Shown here piece by piece: positions 42,213-48,625 of a stretch of 64,000 nt of DNA (positions are counted from its first letter, which is position 1; each line of letters opens with the position of its first letter). The notes beneath the pieces are model-generated. The model was not told the DNA's origin. It ran no database searches and worked only from the letters and a program-made list of their open reading frames with translations. Made by a program: the position numbers and the translations under genes. Location of the stretch: contig JAGXIT010000003.1 of assembly GCA_024635495.1 (NCBI GenBank), positions 9,386-73,385 of the forward strand. Reading direction: 5' to 3'. The DNA is from Candidatus Saccharimonadota bacterium (GTDB lineage Bacteria; Patescibacteriota; Saccharimonadia; Saccharimonadales; UBA4665).

Positions 42213-44072
42213 CTACATCGATGTCTTGCCGACCCGACTTTTTGCTTCGTTCGCAACAGTTTGCAAGAATTCATGTGCAGTATAACTCTTCGATTCATCG
42301 TGCACGACAAGGTCCTTGCGAATGCGCGGCACGAGTTCACCCCCTCCAATCTCTTTTTCACCAGCGACAATAACGTACGGCACTTTCCAGATTTCAGCGG
42401 CTCGGATTTTCTTGCCGACCGATTCATTGCTATTGTCCATCGCGATACGAAGGCCAAGCTCTTTACCCATTGTGCGTAGGTTTTCAACAAACTGAATTGT
42501 CTCTGGCTCTTGATTCACGCTCAGAATACGAACCTGCTCAGGTGCACACCACACTGGGAATTTCCCGGCAGTATGCTCGATATATACAGAGAGAAAGCGC
42601 TCGATTGAGCCGAGTAGAGCCGAATGGATCATGACTGGTTGTTGCGCGCTGCCATCTTCGGCGGTATATTCCAGTCCAAATCGGTCTGGTTGCACAAAAT
42701 CAAGCTGCACGGTCGCCAGCTGATGTTCACGCCCGATAGCATCCGTCGCCATGAAATCAATCTTCGGCCCATAGAATGCTGCTTCGCCTTCTTGCTCAAA
42801 AAATGTCAGCTTATTAGCGACCACCGCAGCCTTGAGTTGTGCCTGAGCACTCTCCCAGAGCTTCTCATCGCCGAGATAGGCATCTGACTCGTCGCGGTAG
42901 CTTAGTCGCACCCGCAAATCCATCCCGACCGTACTATAGAGGTCTCTCGCACAACTTAGCAGATTATTGATTTCTGTTTCTATCTGATCCTGGCGACAAA
43001 ATACATGGCTATCATCCTGCGTCAGTGCACGCACGCGGTTCAAACCACCCAATTCACCTGTTTTTTCATCTCTGTAGTCTGTCGTTGTCTCGAGGTAGCG
43101 AATAGGTAAATCACGATAGCTCCTCGGCTGAGAAGCGTAGATACGGGTGTGATGTGGACAATTCATTGGCTTCAAAACCAGTTCATCGCTCGTTTCCTGG
43201 CTCTTAACTAGAAATAGCTCATCACCAAACTTTGCCCAGTGCCCACTCGCCTCATAGAGGTCTTTTTTGGTCATGTGCGGCGTCCATACCTTTTGAAAGT
43301 CGTAGTTTTCGCGCAAGCTATTGCTAAACGTAGTTAACTCCTCGCGCAGTACCGTACCACGAGGGGTAAAAAGCGGCAGACCAGAGCCCACTAAATCGGA
43401 GGTTATATACAGATCGAGTTCTTGACCGAGTTTACGGTGATCACGCTTCTTTGCCTCTTCAAGCATATCGAGGTGCTGTCGAAGCTCCTTTGGTGTTGCA
43501 AATGCCAGCCCGTAGACTCGTTGCATTTGTGGGTTTGATTCTTTGCCACGCCAGTAGGCGCCGGCAACCCTCGTTAGTTTGAAGGCACCAACCTTGTTTG
43601 TTGCCTCGACGTGGGGACCGCGACAGAGATCGGTAAAATCACCGTTACGATAGAATGATACCTCTGTAATAGCCACCGGTGATGTTGCGCCCAGAATACC
43701 CGCAGGCAGACCCATCATGGCTGTATTCAAGTCTTTTGCGAGCGTCGTGCCTTCTCGCTGAAGGTCGTGCAGCAACTCTTCTTTATATGGCTGACTGTAC
43801 TTGCGAGCCCAATCAAGGGCTTCATTGATAGGCATCATGAACTGCTCAAAAGGCTGGGCACTTGCGATAATAGCCCTCATTTCTTCCTCTATACGGCCAA
43901 AGTCTTCATTGCTCAGTGTTTCATCACCAAGGTCTATGTCGTAATAAAAGCCGTCTTCCACCACTGGTCCAACACCGAGTTTCACCTCAGGCCATAGGTG
44001 TTGAACAGCGGTCGCCATGATATGCGCCAGACTGTGCCGCATCGCATAAAGTGTATCTTTGTCTTCTGCCAC
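42213..44072 (-). CDS. thrS: Threonyl-tRNA synthetase (no N-terminal TGS domain)
   Basis: 619 aa. Editing-domain start MRHSLAHIMATAV. Class II core (HRKLGQELDLY, FRDE-like YRDEKTGELGGLNRVR). Anticodon-binding C-terminus. GTG start 8 nt after AAGGAG. Confidence 0.95.
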   Translation of the reverse strand: MAEDKDTLYAMRHSLAHIMATAVQHLWPEVKLGVGPVVEDGFYYDIDLGDETLSNEDFGRIEEEMRAIIASAQPFEQFMMPINEALDWARKYSQPYKEELLHDLQREGTTLAKDLNTAMMGLPAGILGATSPVAITEVSFYRNGDFTDLCRGPHVEATNKVGAFKLTRVAGAYWRGKESNPQMQRVYGLAFATPKELRQHLDMLEEAKKRDHRKLGQELDLYITSDLVGSGLPLFTPRGTVLREELTTFSNSLRENYDFQKVWTPHMTKKDLYEASGHWAKFGDELFLVKSQETSDELVLKPMNCPHHTRIYASQPRSYRDLPIRYLETTTDYRDEKTGELGGLNRVRALTQDDSHVFCRQDQIETEINNLLSCARDLYSTVGMDLRVRLSYRDESDAYLGDEKLWESAQAQLKAAVVANKLTFFEQEGEAAFYGPKIDFMATDAIGREHQLATVQLDFVQPDRFGLEYTAEDGSAQQPVMIHSALLGSIERFLSVYIEHTAGKFPVWCAPEQVRILSVNQEPETIQFVENLRTMGKELGLRIAMDNSNESVGKKIRAAEIWKVPYVIVAGEKEIGGGELVPRIRKDLVVHDESKSYTAHEFLQTVANEAKSRVGKTSM

Positions 44073-44265
44073 TTCAAGTACTCCTTGTCCTTATAAATAA
44101 AAAAACACGCGTCAAGCAATAATCTGCTCTCTTGCGTGCTTGGGTCCTTCTCTGTTATTTCAAAAAAGGAGGTTCCACCTAAGCATTTACTCTTACAACT
44201 CTGGTTATCGTACCCTGTTGCCACACCGACGAAGCTCAGTGGCTGGTGAATCCACCTCAATGCTT
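44073..44265 (-). promoter_or_regulatory. Candidate T-box riboswitch leader of thrS (antiterminator with UGGAACC bulge, overlapping terminator)
   Basis: Minus strand reads GCUUAGG-UGGAACC-UCCUUUUUUG-AAAUAA-CAGAGAAGGA-CCCAAGC (44138-44184). It is followed by the terminator AAGCACGC...GCGUGUUU plus a U-run (44096-44141). Extended -10 TGgTATAGT at 44272-44280. See findings. Confidence 0.55.
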
Positions 44266-44309
44266 AATCTCACTATACCACAGTTACAGTGGTGACGAGG
44301 CAAATAAAA

Positions 44310-44345
44310 AACGCTTAGATGATCTCGCAAATACATCCAAGCGTT
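44310..44345 (-). terminator. Intrinsic terminator (12-bp stem, one G-U) oriented for minus-strand transcripts coming from the tRNA-Val region
   Basis: Minus strand reads AACGCUUGGAUG-n12-CAUCUAAGCGUU followed by UUUUAUUUG. Confidence 0.65.
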
Positions 44346-44453
44346 TTCTCCCTAGTTTGGTTAAAACCTCTCGGCAAAACCGCACCTCAAAAGCTAGTAT
44401 AAAGTACCTAGCCGCATTTGGCTAGCACTTTTTTGGCTCTTTTCTATACTGCA

Positions 44454-44471
44454 TGTGGATAAGTGGATAAC
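44454..44471. promoter_or_regulatory. Two abutting DnaA-box-like 9-mers, TGTGGATAA + GTGGATAAC
   Basis: TGTGGATAA is the exact reverse complement of the TTATCCACA consensus. The second copy has one mismatch. Confidence 0.3.
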
Positions 44472-44590
44472 TCAATATCAAGCCTCTTATACCTGGACTG
44501 GTATATCTGAAGAATTAGGTGGTAAGAGCTGTCAAACATTGCTGTGACAGCTACTATCCATTCTTTTGCGACATTCGTTTTATGCTTGTT

Positions 44591-44688
44591 GTGGGTGATA
44601 TAGGATAGCGGCACTATGCATTTCTCAAATTATGTATAGCCACCGAAGTAAAATACCCCATTTACAGGGGTGATATAGGATAGCGCAC
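44591..44688. repeat. Two degenerate direct copies of the tRNA-Val 3' end plus its downstream flank
   Basis: GTGGGTGATATAGGATAGCGGCAC (44591-) and GGGGTGATATAGGATAGCGCAC (44667-), compared with the gene's GTGGGCGATATAGGATTCGAAC (44839-). Each copy is preceded, or followed, by a copy of ATAGCCACC(A/G)AAGTAAAA(C/T)ACCCCATTT(T/A)CAGGGG. Confidence 0.75.
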
Positions 44689-44796
44689 TTCGTGCTTCTC
44701 TGTTGCACCGTGCTCGGAATAAATTCCTGCGCACGTGCTCACGCCGCCGAACCTACGTTCGCTTCGCTCACTTGACGGTTCTCAGGTTTTACATAG

Positions 44797-44843
44797 CCAC
44801 CAAAGTAAAACACCCCATTTTCAGGGGTGTTTTACTTTGGTGG
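44797..44843 (-). terminator. 20-bp hairpin immediately 3' of tRNA-Val; one arm includes the tRNA CCACCA end
   Basis: CCACCAAAGTAAAACACCCC-attttc-AGGGGTGTTTTACTTTGGTGG. Confidence 0.65.
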
Positions 44844-44914
44844 GCGATATAGGATTCGAACCTATCACCTCCACAACGTCAATGTGGCGCTCTAGCCAAA
44901 TGAGCTAATCGCCC
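44838..44914 (-). tRNA. tRNA-Val (GAC), CCA encoded
   Basis: Reverse complement GGGCGATTAGCTCATTTGGCTAGAGCGCCACATTGACGTTGTGGAGGTGATAGGTTCGAATCCTATATCGCCCACCA. Anticodon loop UU-GAC-GU. Confidence 0.9.
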
Positions 44915-44954
44915 TGAGATTCATCTGTAATTCCTGTCGCTTTTCACCATTTTG

Positions 44955-45028
44955 TTGGCTAGAGCGCCTGTGGCGAATAGCTAAATCTACTCGCGTACGC
45001 TCGGACAGGCCAAATGAGCTAATCGCCC
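44955..45028. repeat. tRNA-Val-derived fragments upstream of the gene: 14-nt inverted copy of the D-arm/anticodon stem, a degenerate inverted 5' end, and a perfect 20-nt direct copy of the 5' end
   Basis: 44955-44968 TTGGCTAGAGCGCC is the reverse complement of 44886-44899. 45009-45028 GCCAAATGAGCTAATCGCCC is identical to 44895-44914. Confidence 0.85.
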
Positions 45029-45044
45029 AGCTCAGGTCGAGATA

Positions 45045-45074
45045 ACTATAGCAGACATACCTACATTTCTGCAA
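45045..45074 (-). promoter_or_regulatory. Promoter TTGCAG-18-TATAGT reading toward tRNA-Val
   Basis: Minus strand reads TTGCAGaaatgtaggtatgtctgcTATAGT. It ends about 16 nt upstream of the duplicated 5' fragment at 45028, not of the intact gene. Confidence 0.45.
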
Positions 45075-45129
45075 GCGGATAACGGTAAGTTTACATCTGT
45101 TATAGCGCTTATGCATGACACAATATATA

Positions 45130-45158
45130 TTGACATGTAGAAGTTTCTTCCGTAGAAT
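45130..45158 (+). promoter_or_regulatory. Consensus-like promoter TTGACA-17-TAGAAT for an unassigned RNA
   Basis: TTGACAtgtagaagtttcttccgTAGAAT, read directly. Divergent from the tRNA-Val promoter. Confidence 0.6.
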
Positions 45159-45164
45159 GCATTG

Positions 45165-45347
45165 GTTAAACGAGGTGTGTGTTTGAGTAACAAGCAACCT
45201 AGCTCCCTGCGGAGCTTCAAGTTGTTTTATGAGGAACTGCCCAGCGTAAAGCGAATTGTTCGCGTACGCCGTGTGCGATCAGCATAAAAGTTCATAAGAC
45301 AATGTCCCGGTCTTCCTCCTTATGGAGCGAGGCCGGGTTTTCATTTC
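45165..45347 (+). ncRNA. Candidate ~180-nt structured RNA (sRNA or nrdR leader) bounded by a promoter and an intrinsic terminator
   Basis: Internal hairpins AGCTCC-ctgc-GGAGCT and GCGTA-aa-GCGAA-ttg-TTCGC-g-TACGC. Terminator CCCGGTCTTCCTCC-ttat-GGAGCGAGGCCGGG plus TTTTCATTTC (45306-45347). No ORF longer than 6 codons with an RBS. Confidence 0.45.
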
Positions 45348-45402
45348 TGGAGGTTTCCCACACATAATTGATCTTTTCCACTCGCATTTTTATCAGCGTT
45401 AT

Positions 45403-45416
45403 GACAATATGTTGTC
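45403..45416. promoter_or_regulatory. NrdR-box-like palindrome GACAATATGTTGTC abutting the nrdR start codon
   Basis: The core CAATATgTTG has one mismatch to the palindromic CAATATATTG core of the NrdR box as I recall it. The ATG of nrdR follows immediately. Confidence 0.35.
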
Positions 45417-45842
45417 ATGGTTTGTATATATTGTAGCGGTGAAACCCGTGTTATCAACTCAAGACATCAAAAGCGTGAGAATCATATCTGGCGCCGGCGG
45501 CAGTGTTTGAACTGTAATACCGTCTTCACCACAGAGGAAGCCCCTGATTTGGCGGCAAACATACGAGTGGCCACACCAAGGCAGCCATCGGCTGTTGGCA
45601 CAAAGTTCGATCGAGATAAACTATTCGTAAGCCTCTACCGCGCTCTCGGGCACCGTCAGCACGCGATTAGCGATGCATCAGCACTTTGTACTACTATCAT
45701 CAGCAAACTGCTTAAAACGCATTCTGGAGCGGTATTGAGCGTAACGGAAATTGCCTTTGTCACAAATGAGACATTACAGCATTTTGATTCAGCCGCTGCA
45801 GTCAGCTACGCTGCGTATCACAGTATTGCCTTATCCGAGTAA
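45417..45842 (+). CDS. nrdR: Transcriptional repressor NrdR (zinc ribbon + ATP-cone)
   Basis: 141 aa. MVCIYCSGETRVINSR...RRRQCLNCNTVFTTEE zinc ribbon, then an ATP-cone-like FDRDKLFVSLYRAL. Confidence 0.8.
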   Translation: MVCIYCSGETRVINSRHQKRENHIWRRRQCLNCNTVFTTEEAPDLAANIRVATPRQPSAVGTKFDRDKLFVSLYRALGHRQHAISDASALCTTIISKLLKTHSGAVLSVTEIAFVTNETLQHFDSAAAVSYAAYHSIALSE

Positions 45843-45849
45843 CCTTGAG

Positions 45850-47457
45850 TTATTTAGCTTTTGAGCCGTCAGCAGACACGACAGCCTTGTCTGTTACGTC
45901 AAATTTCGACATATAGAGTCCCAGGATTAGTCTTGTCTGTGAGTATAGTGCGGCGCAGGCATTGAATACCACAGTAGTAATTGGCAGATATGCCCACTGC
46001 AGTACCATGAAGATTGTTCGGTGCCGTTTATATCGTGCTGGTTTTTTTGGTAGTGTTTTGAGCGCAAGAAATACGGTAATAAATGCGATCCCTAGGGCTA
46101 CCGTCTGAACACGACTCACTACAACCGGCAACTCGAGGGCAGCATAGCTGGCTGGGTTAAAGAGAATCGGGATAAAGCCACCGAAGAGTATCAAGATAGG
46201 GCCGACCGCCCAAGTCACGTGCCCCTCGAGGAGTCGCCAAGTTTTTCCGATAAGGTCTGTCTTGGGTACGGTGTTTTTACGGAAGAATCCTAGATGCACA
46301 ACATAGGCGACATCTGAGGCCCCATACGTCCAGCGTCGTATCTGAAGAAACTGCGCCTTGATTGTCTTGAGATAGGTATCAGATAGAACGGCGTCTTGAG
46401 ATATAGGTAGATGAAGTGGCAGCACCCGATAGTTCCCTTCAAACCGGAAATATGAGCGCCAGAATTGATGTCCATCCTCGACAATCGTTCGAGTGCTCCA
46501 ATAATCTGTTTTCATCAATGCCACCATTGGCTGGGCGTGGGACGAGAAATTACGAAGCGCGTGCGAGCGCAGTGAATTTACGAGGTGAAAAAACGAGTTA
46601 CCGGTGGCCAATACTCGCATCGGCGCAGGTGCGTCCCAGATATTATTCGCAAATAGTGCAACTGGCTGAAATGACGTATGAATCGGGTCTTCACAGATAA
46701 TATAGGCATAGGTGAGTGCATTGAGATAGTTTTTATCTGGACGGTTGTCTGCATCAAGCGTAGTGACCAGCACCCGCATGGGGTCAATTGATTTTTTCTT
46801 GAGATAGTTTTCGAGCTCACGAGCGGCAAAAGTGACATTGCCACCCTTACCAATAATTTCATTCGGGAGATTACTTGGATGTTTGACTGCAAAGGCGTCT
46901 CTAAATTCCTTGCCGTATGTCTTGATGAGTTCATTGGCCCTGTCCTCAGTCTCTTGGCCGGCTCGGCCCTCGTATGCCAAGATAAAAATAACTTGTTTCA
47001 TATTGAAATCAGCACCCAGCACCGCTTCAATAGTTGGGGCAAGCACTTCTCGTGACTCTTTATACGTAGCAATGATGACGGCATGAACTACTTCTTCGGG
47101 TGGCATCAAAAGCGAACGCTCATTTGCTTGGGTAATTGCATACTTATGCCAGCCCGGACGGTGAACTCGCGCCGGTAAAACTCCTGTGCCAAGTTCTTTC
47201 AGTAGATCTGGCCACGGTAGCTTCTGATGCTGTCGCATCGTTTTATAACCCTGGATAGCTCTAAGGCCCCCCGCGGCTGCCCTCGAGAAATTGATGAGTA
47301 CATAAACGAACATGAAGAACGCAGCTAGTCGGACATTGTATATGCTGAGCACAAATGGAAGCGCCAACATTGACCAGCTAAGCATGCCTGGTAGCATTTC
47401 AAAAAAACGATAGTGCCCCTTGCGATGGGATTCAAGTGGGATCTCAATATCTTTCAT
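45850..47457 (-). CDS. Membrane-embedded processive family-2 glycosyltransferase (cellulose/chitin/hyaluronan synthase-like)
   Basis: 535 aa. N- and C-terminal TM bundles. VIIATYKE, TLDADN (DxD) and QIRRWTYG (QxxRW) motifs. Confidence 0.8.
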   Translation of the reverse strand: MKDIEIPLESHRKGHYRFFEMLPGMLSWSMLALPFVLSIYNVRLAAFFMFVYVLINFSRAAAGGLRAIQGYKTMRQHQKLPWPDLLKELGTGVLPARVHRPGWHKYAITQANERSLLMPPEEVVHAVIIATYKESREVLAPTIEAVLGADFNMKQVIFILAYEGRAGQETEDRANELIKTYGKEFRDAFAVKHPSNLPNEIIGKGGNVTFAARELENYLKKKSIDPMRVLVTTLDADNRPDKNYLNALTYAYIICEDPIHTSFQPVALFANNIWDAPAPMRVLATGNSFFHLVNSLRSHALRNFSSHAQPMVALMKTDYWSTRTIVEDGHQFWRSYFRFEGNYRVLPLHLPISQDAVLSDTYLKTIKAQFLQIRRWTYGASDVAYVVHLGFFRKNTVPKTDLIGKTWRLLEGHVTWAVGPILILFGGFIPILFNPASYAALELPVVVSRVQTVALGIAFITVFLALKTLPKKPARYKRHRTIFMVLQWAYLPITTVVFNACAALYSQTRLILGLYMSKFDVTDKAVVSADGSKAK

Positions 47458-47460
47458 AAG

Positions 47461-47820
47461 CTAGCGGAGAATGAGTAAAGCGTTACTGACAATAATGATT
47501 AGAATCAAAAGCACAGAGCTCAGGCTTAGAACTACGAGTGATAATTCACGCTTAATCGGGTAGGTTCGATATCCAAGTACAACGGCGAAAGCAAATATAA
47601 GCACCGCGGCAATCATGAAACTGGCGATATCCAGCGCCGTCCCCTGCATATAGCTATCAATACCCAGTGAACTACGATACGTAATAATGTAGTTGGAGGT
47701 ACCCTGGCTGGCATTGAGCTTGAGTGATACTAATACTATAGCAACGAGAGCGAGAAATGCGTCGATACTGACAAGCAGTAGTGCGCTGCGATCATGCATA
47801 AAATTTTGGTTCTTAGTCAT
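47461..47820 (-). CDS. Small integral membrane protein co-transcribed with the GT2 synthase
   Basis: 119 aa, about 3-4 TM helices. Its stop lies 3 nt before the GT2 start. No family recognised. Confidence 0.55.
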   Translation of the reverse strand: MTKNQNFMHDRSALLLVSIDAFLALVAIVLVSLKLNASQGTSNYIITYRSSLGIDSYMQGTALDIASFMIAAVLIFAFAVVLGYRTYPIKRELSLVVLSLSSVLLILIIIVSNALLILR

Positions 47821-47950
47821 AAGGCTAAGAGGTATTGTAACAGATTATCCTGGTCCGGTGAAAGGAGCTATTAGTATGGTTTTAGGTGTGTATATGCTCA
47901 CTGACTGTTCGGTCATCGAACCCCTTTGGCTCGACCCGTTCTTTCATACC

Positions 47951-47986
47951 AAGTAAATAGCCACCCTTTCGGATGGCTATTTACTT
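47951..47986 (-). terminator. Hairpin immediately 3' of tRNA-Gly
   Basis: AAGTAAATAGCCA-ccctttcgga-TGGCTATTTACTT. Confidence 0.65.
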
Positions 47987-48060
47987 GGTGCGGGTGGCGG
48001 GAGTCGAACCCGCGTCTCAGCCTTGGGAAGGCTACATAATAGCCGTTATACGACACCCGC
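47986..48060 (-). tRNA. tRNA-Gly (CCC), CCA encoded
   Basis: Reverse complement GCGGGTGTCGTATAACGGCTATTATGTAGCCTTCCCAAGGCTGAGACGCGGGTTCGACTCCCGCCACCCGCACCA. Anticodon loop UU-CCC-AA. Confidence 0.88.
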
Positions 48061-48192
48061 TTAAGGCAATGAAATCCGATTATCGGTCGGTTACATTGCT
48101 AAAATTGGCGAATTCACTTCGGCAATTTTAGCATTACTAAGGAAAAAGAGCAGCGAAGCGATGAGAAAAAACGTAGTTTTGTGTCATCATTG

Positions 48193-48268
48193 TGGAGCCA
48201 CCTGCCGGGATTGAACCGGCGACCTGCACGTTACGAATGTGCCGCTCTACCAACTGAGCTAAGGTGGC
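48193..48268 (-). tRNA. tRNA-Thr (CGU), CCA encoded, discriminator U73
   Basis: Reverse complement GCCACCTTAGCTCAGTTGGTAGAGCGGCACATTCGTAACGTGCAGGTCGCCGGTTCAATCCCGGCAGGTGGCTCCA. Anticodon loop UU-CGU-AA. Confidence 0.88.
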
Positions 48269-48332
48269 GTACAATTTCAAAGTATACCGTTTCGCAACTT
48301 CGGTGACAAGCGATGTTGCATAAAGAGATTGC

Positions 48333-48440
48333 GCGGGAGCCCGACCGGATGGTTGCTTATGCAACACGCAGTCACCGTGCTCGAAGTAAACTTCTGTGCG
48401 CGGTTCCTTGGCGCCCGCCCCGGCTTCGCCGGTTCGTATC
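48333..48440. repeat. tRNA-Asp-derived fragments between tRNA-Thr and tRNA-Asp (one direct 3'-end copy, one inverted T-arm copy)
   Basis: 48333-48350 GCGGGAGCCCGACCGGAT compared with the gene's GCGGGCCCGACCGGAT (48498-). 48427-48440 CGCCGGTTCGTATC compared with the reverse complement of the gene's T-arm, CGCCGGTTCGAATC. Confidence 0.65.
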
Positions 48441-48460
48441 ACAGACGAAGTCTGTCCAAG

Positions 48461-48492
48461 ATAAAACCCCCAGCTTTCGCTGAGGGTTTTAT
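48461..48492 (-). terminator. Hairpin immediately 3' of tRNA-Asp
   Basis: ATAAAACCCCCA-gctttcgc-TGAGGGTTTTAT. Confidence 0.65.
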
Positions 48493-48494
48493 CT

Positions 48495-48571
48495 TGGCGG
48501 GCCCGACCGGATTCGAACCGGCGATCTCCTCCGTGACAGGGAGGCGTGATAGGCCTCTTCACTACGAGCCC
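48495..48571 (-). tRNA. tRNA-Asp (GUC), CCA encoded
   Basis: Reverse complement GGGCTCGTAGTGAAGAGGCCTATCACGCCTCCCTGTCACGGAGGAGATCGCCGGTTCGAATCCGGTCGGGCCCGCCA. Anticodon loop CU-GUC-AC. Confidence 0.85.
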
Positions 48572-48625
48572 AAATCTATAACAGGGGTAAGTGTATCAAG
48601 AGAGAGCGCAAAAAGCAACAATGTT

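Noticed and set aside
44892-45220. 101-aa and 62-aa minus-strand ORFs around tRNA-Val
   Set aside because: They run through the tRNA gene, its fragments and two promoters. They have no RBS, and the region is better explained as noncoding.
44400-45416. Integrated mobile element or prophage remnant at tRNA-Val
   Set aside because: tRNA-derived direct repeats are present, but there is no integrase, transposase or any cargo ORF between them. The nearest recombinase (51227-52135) looks like housekeeping XerC/D and lies 6 kb away. It is reported only as recombination scars or an RNA structure.
44073-45416. Chromosomal replication origin (oriC) in the 1.3-kb noncoding island
   Set aside because: Only two DnaA-box-like 9-mers were found. 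There is no obvious AT-rich 13-mer unwinding element, and no dnaA or dnaN nearby.
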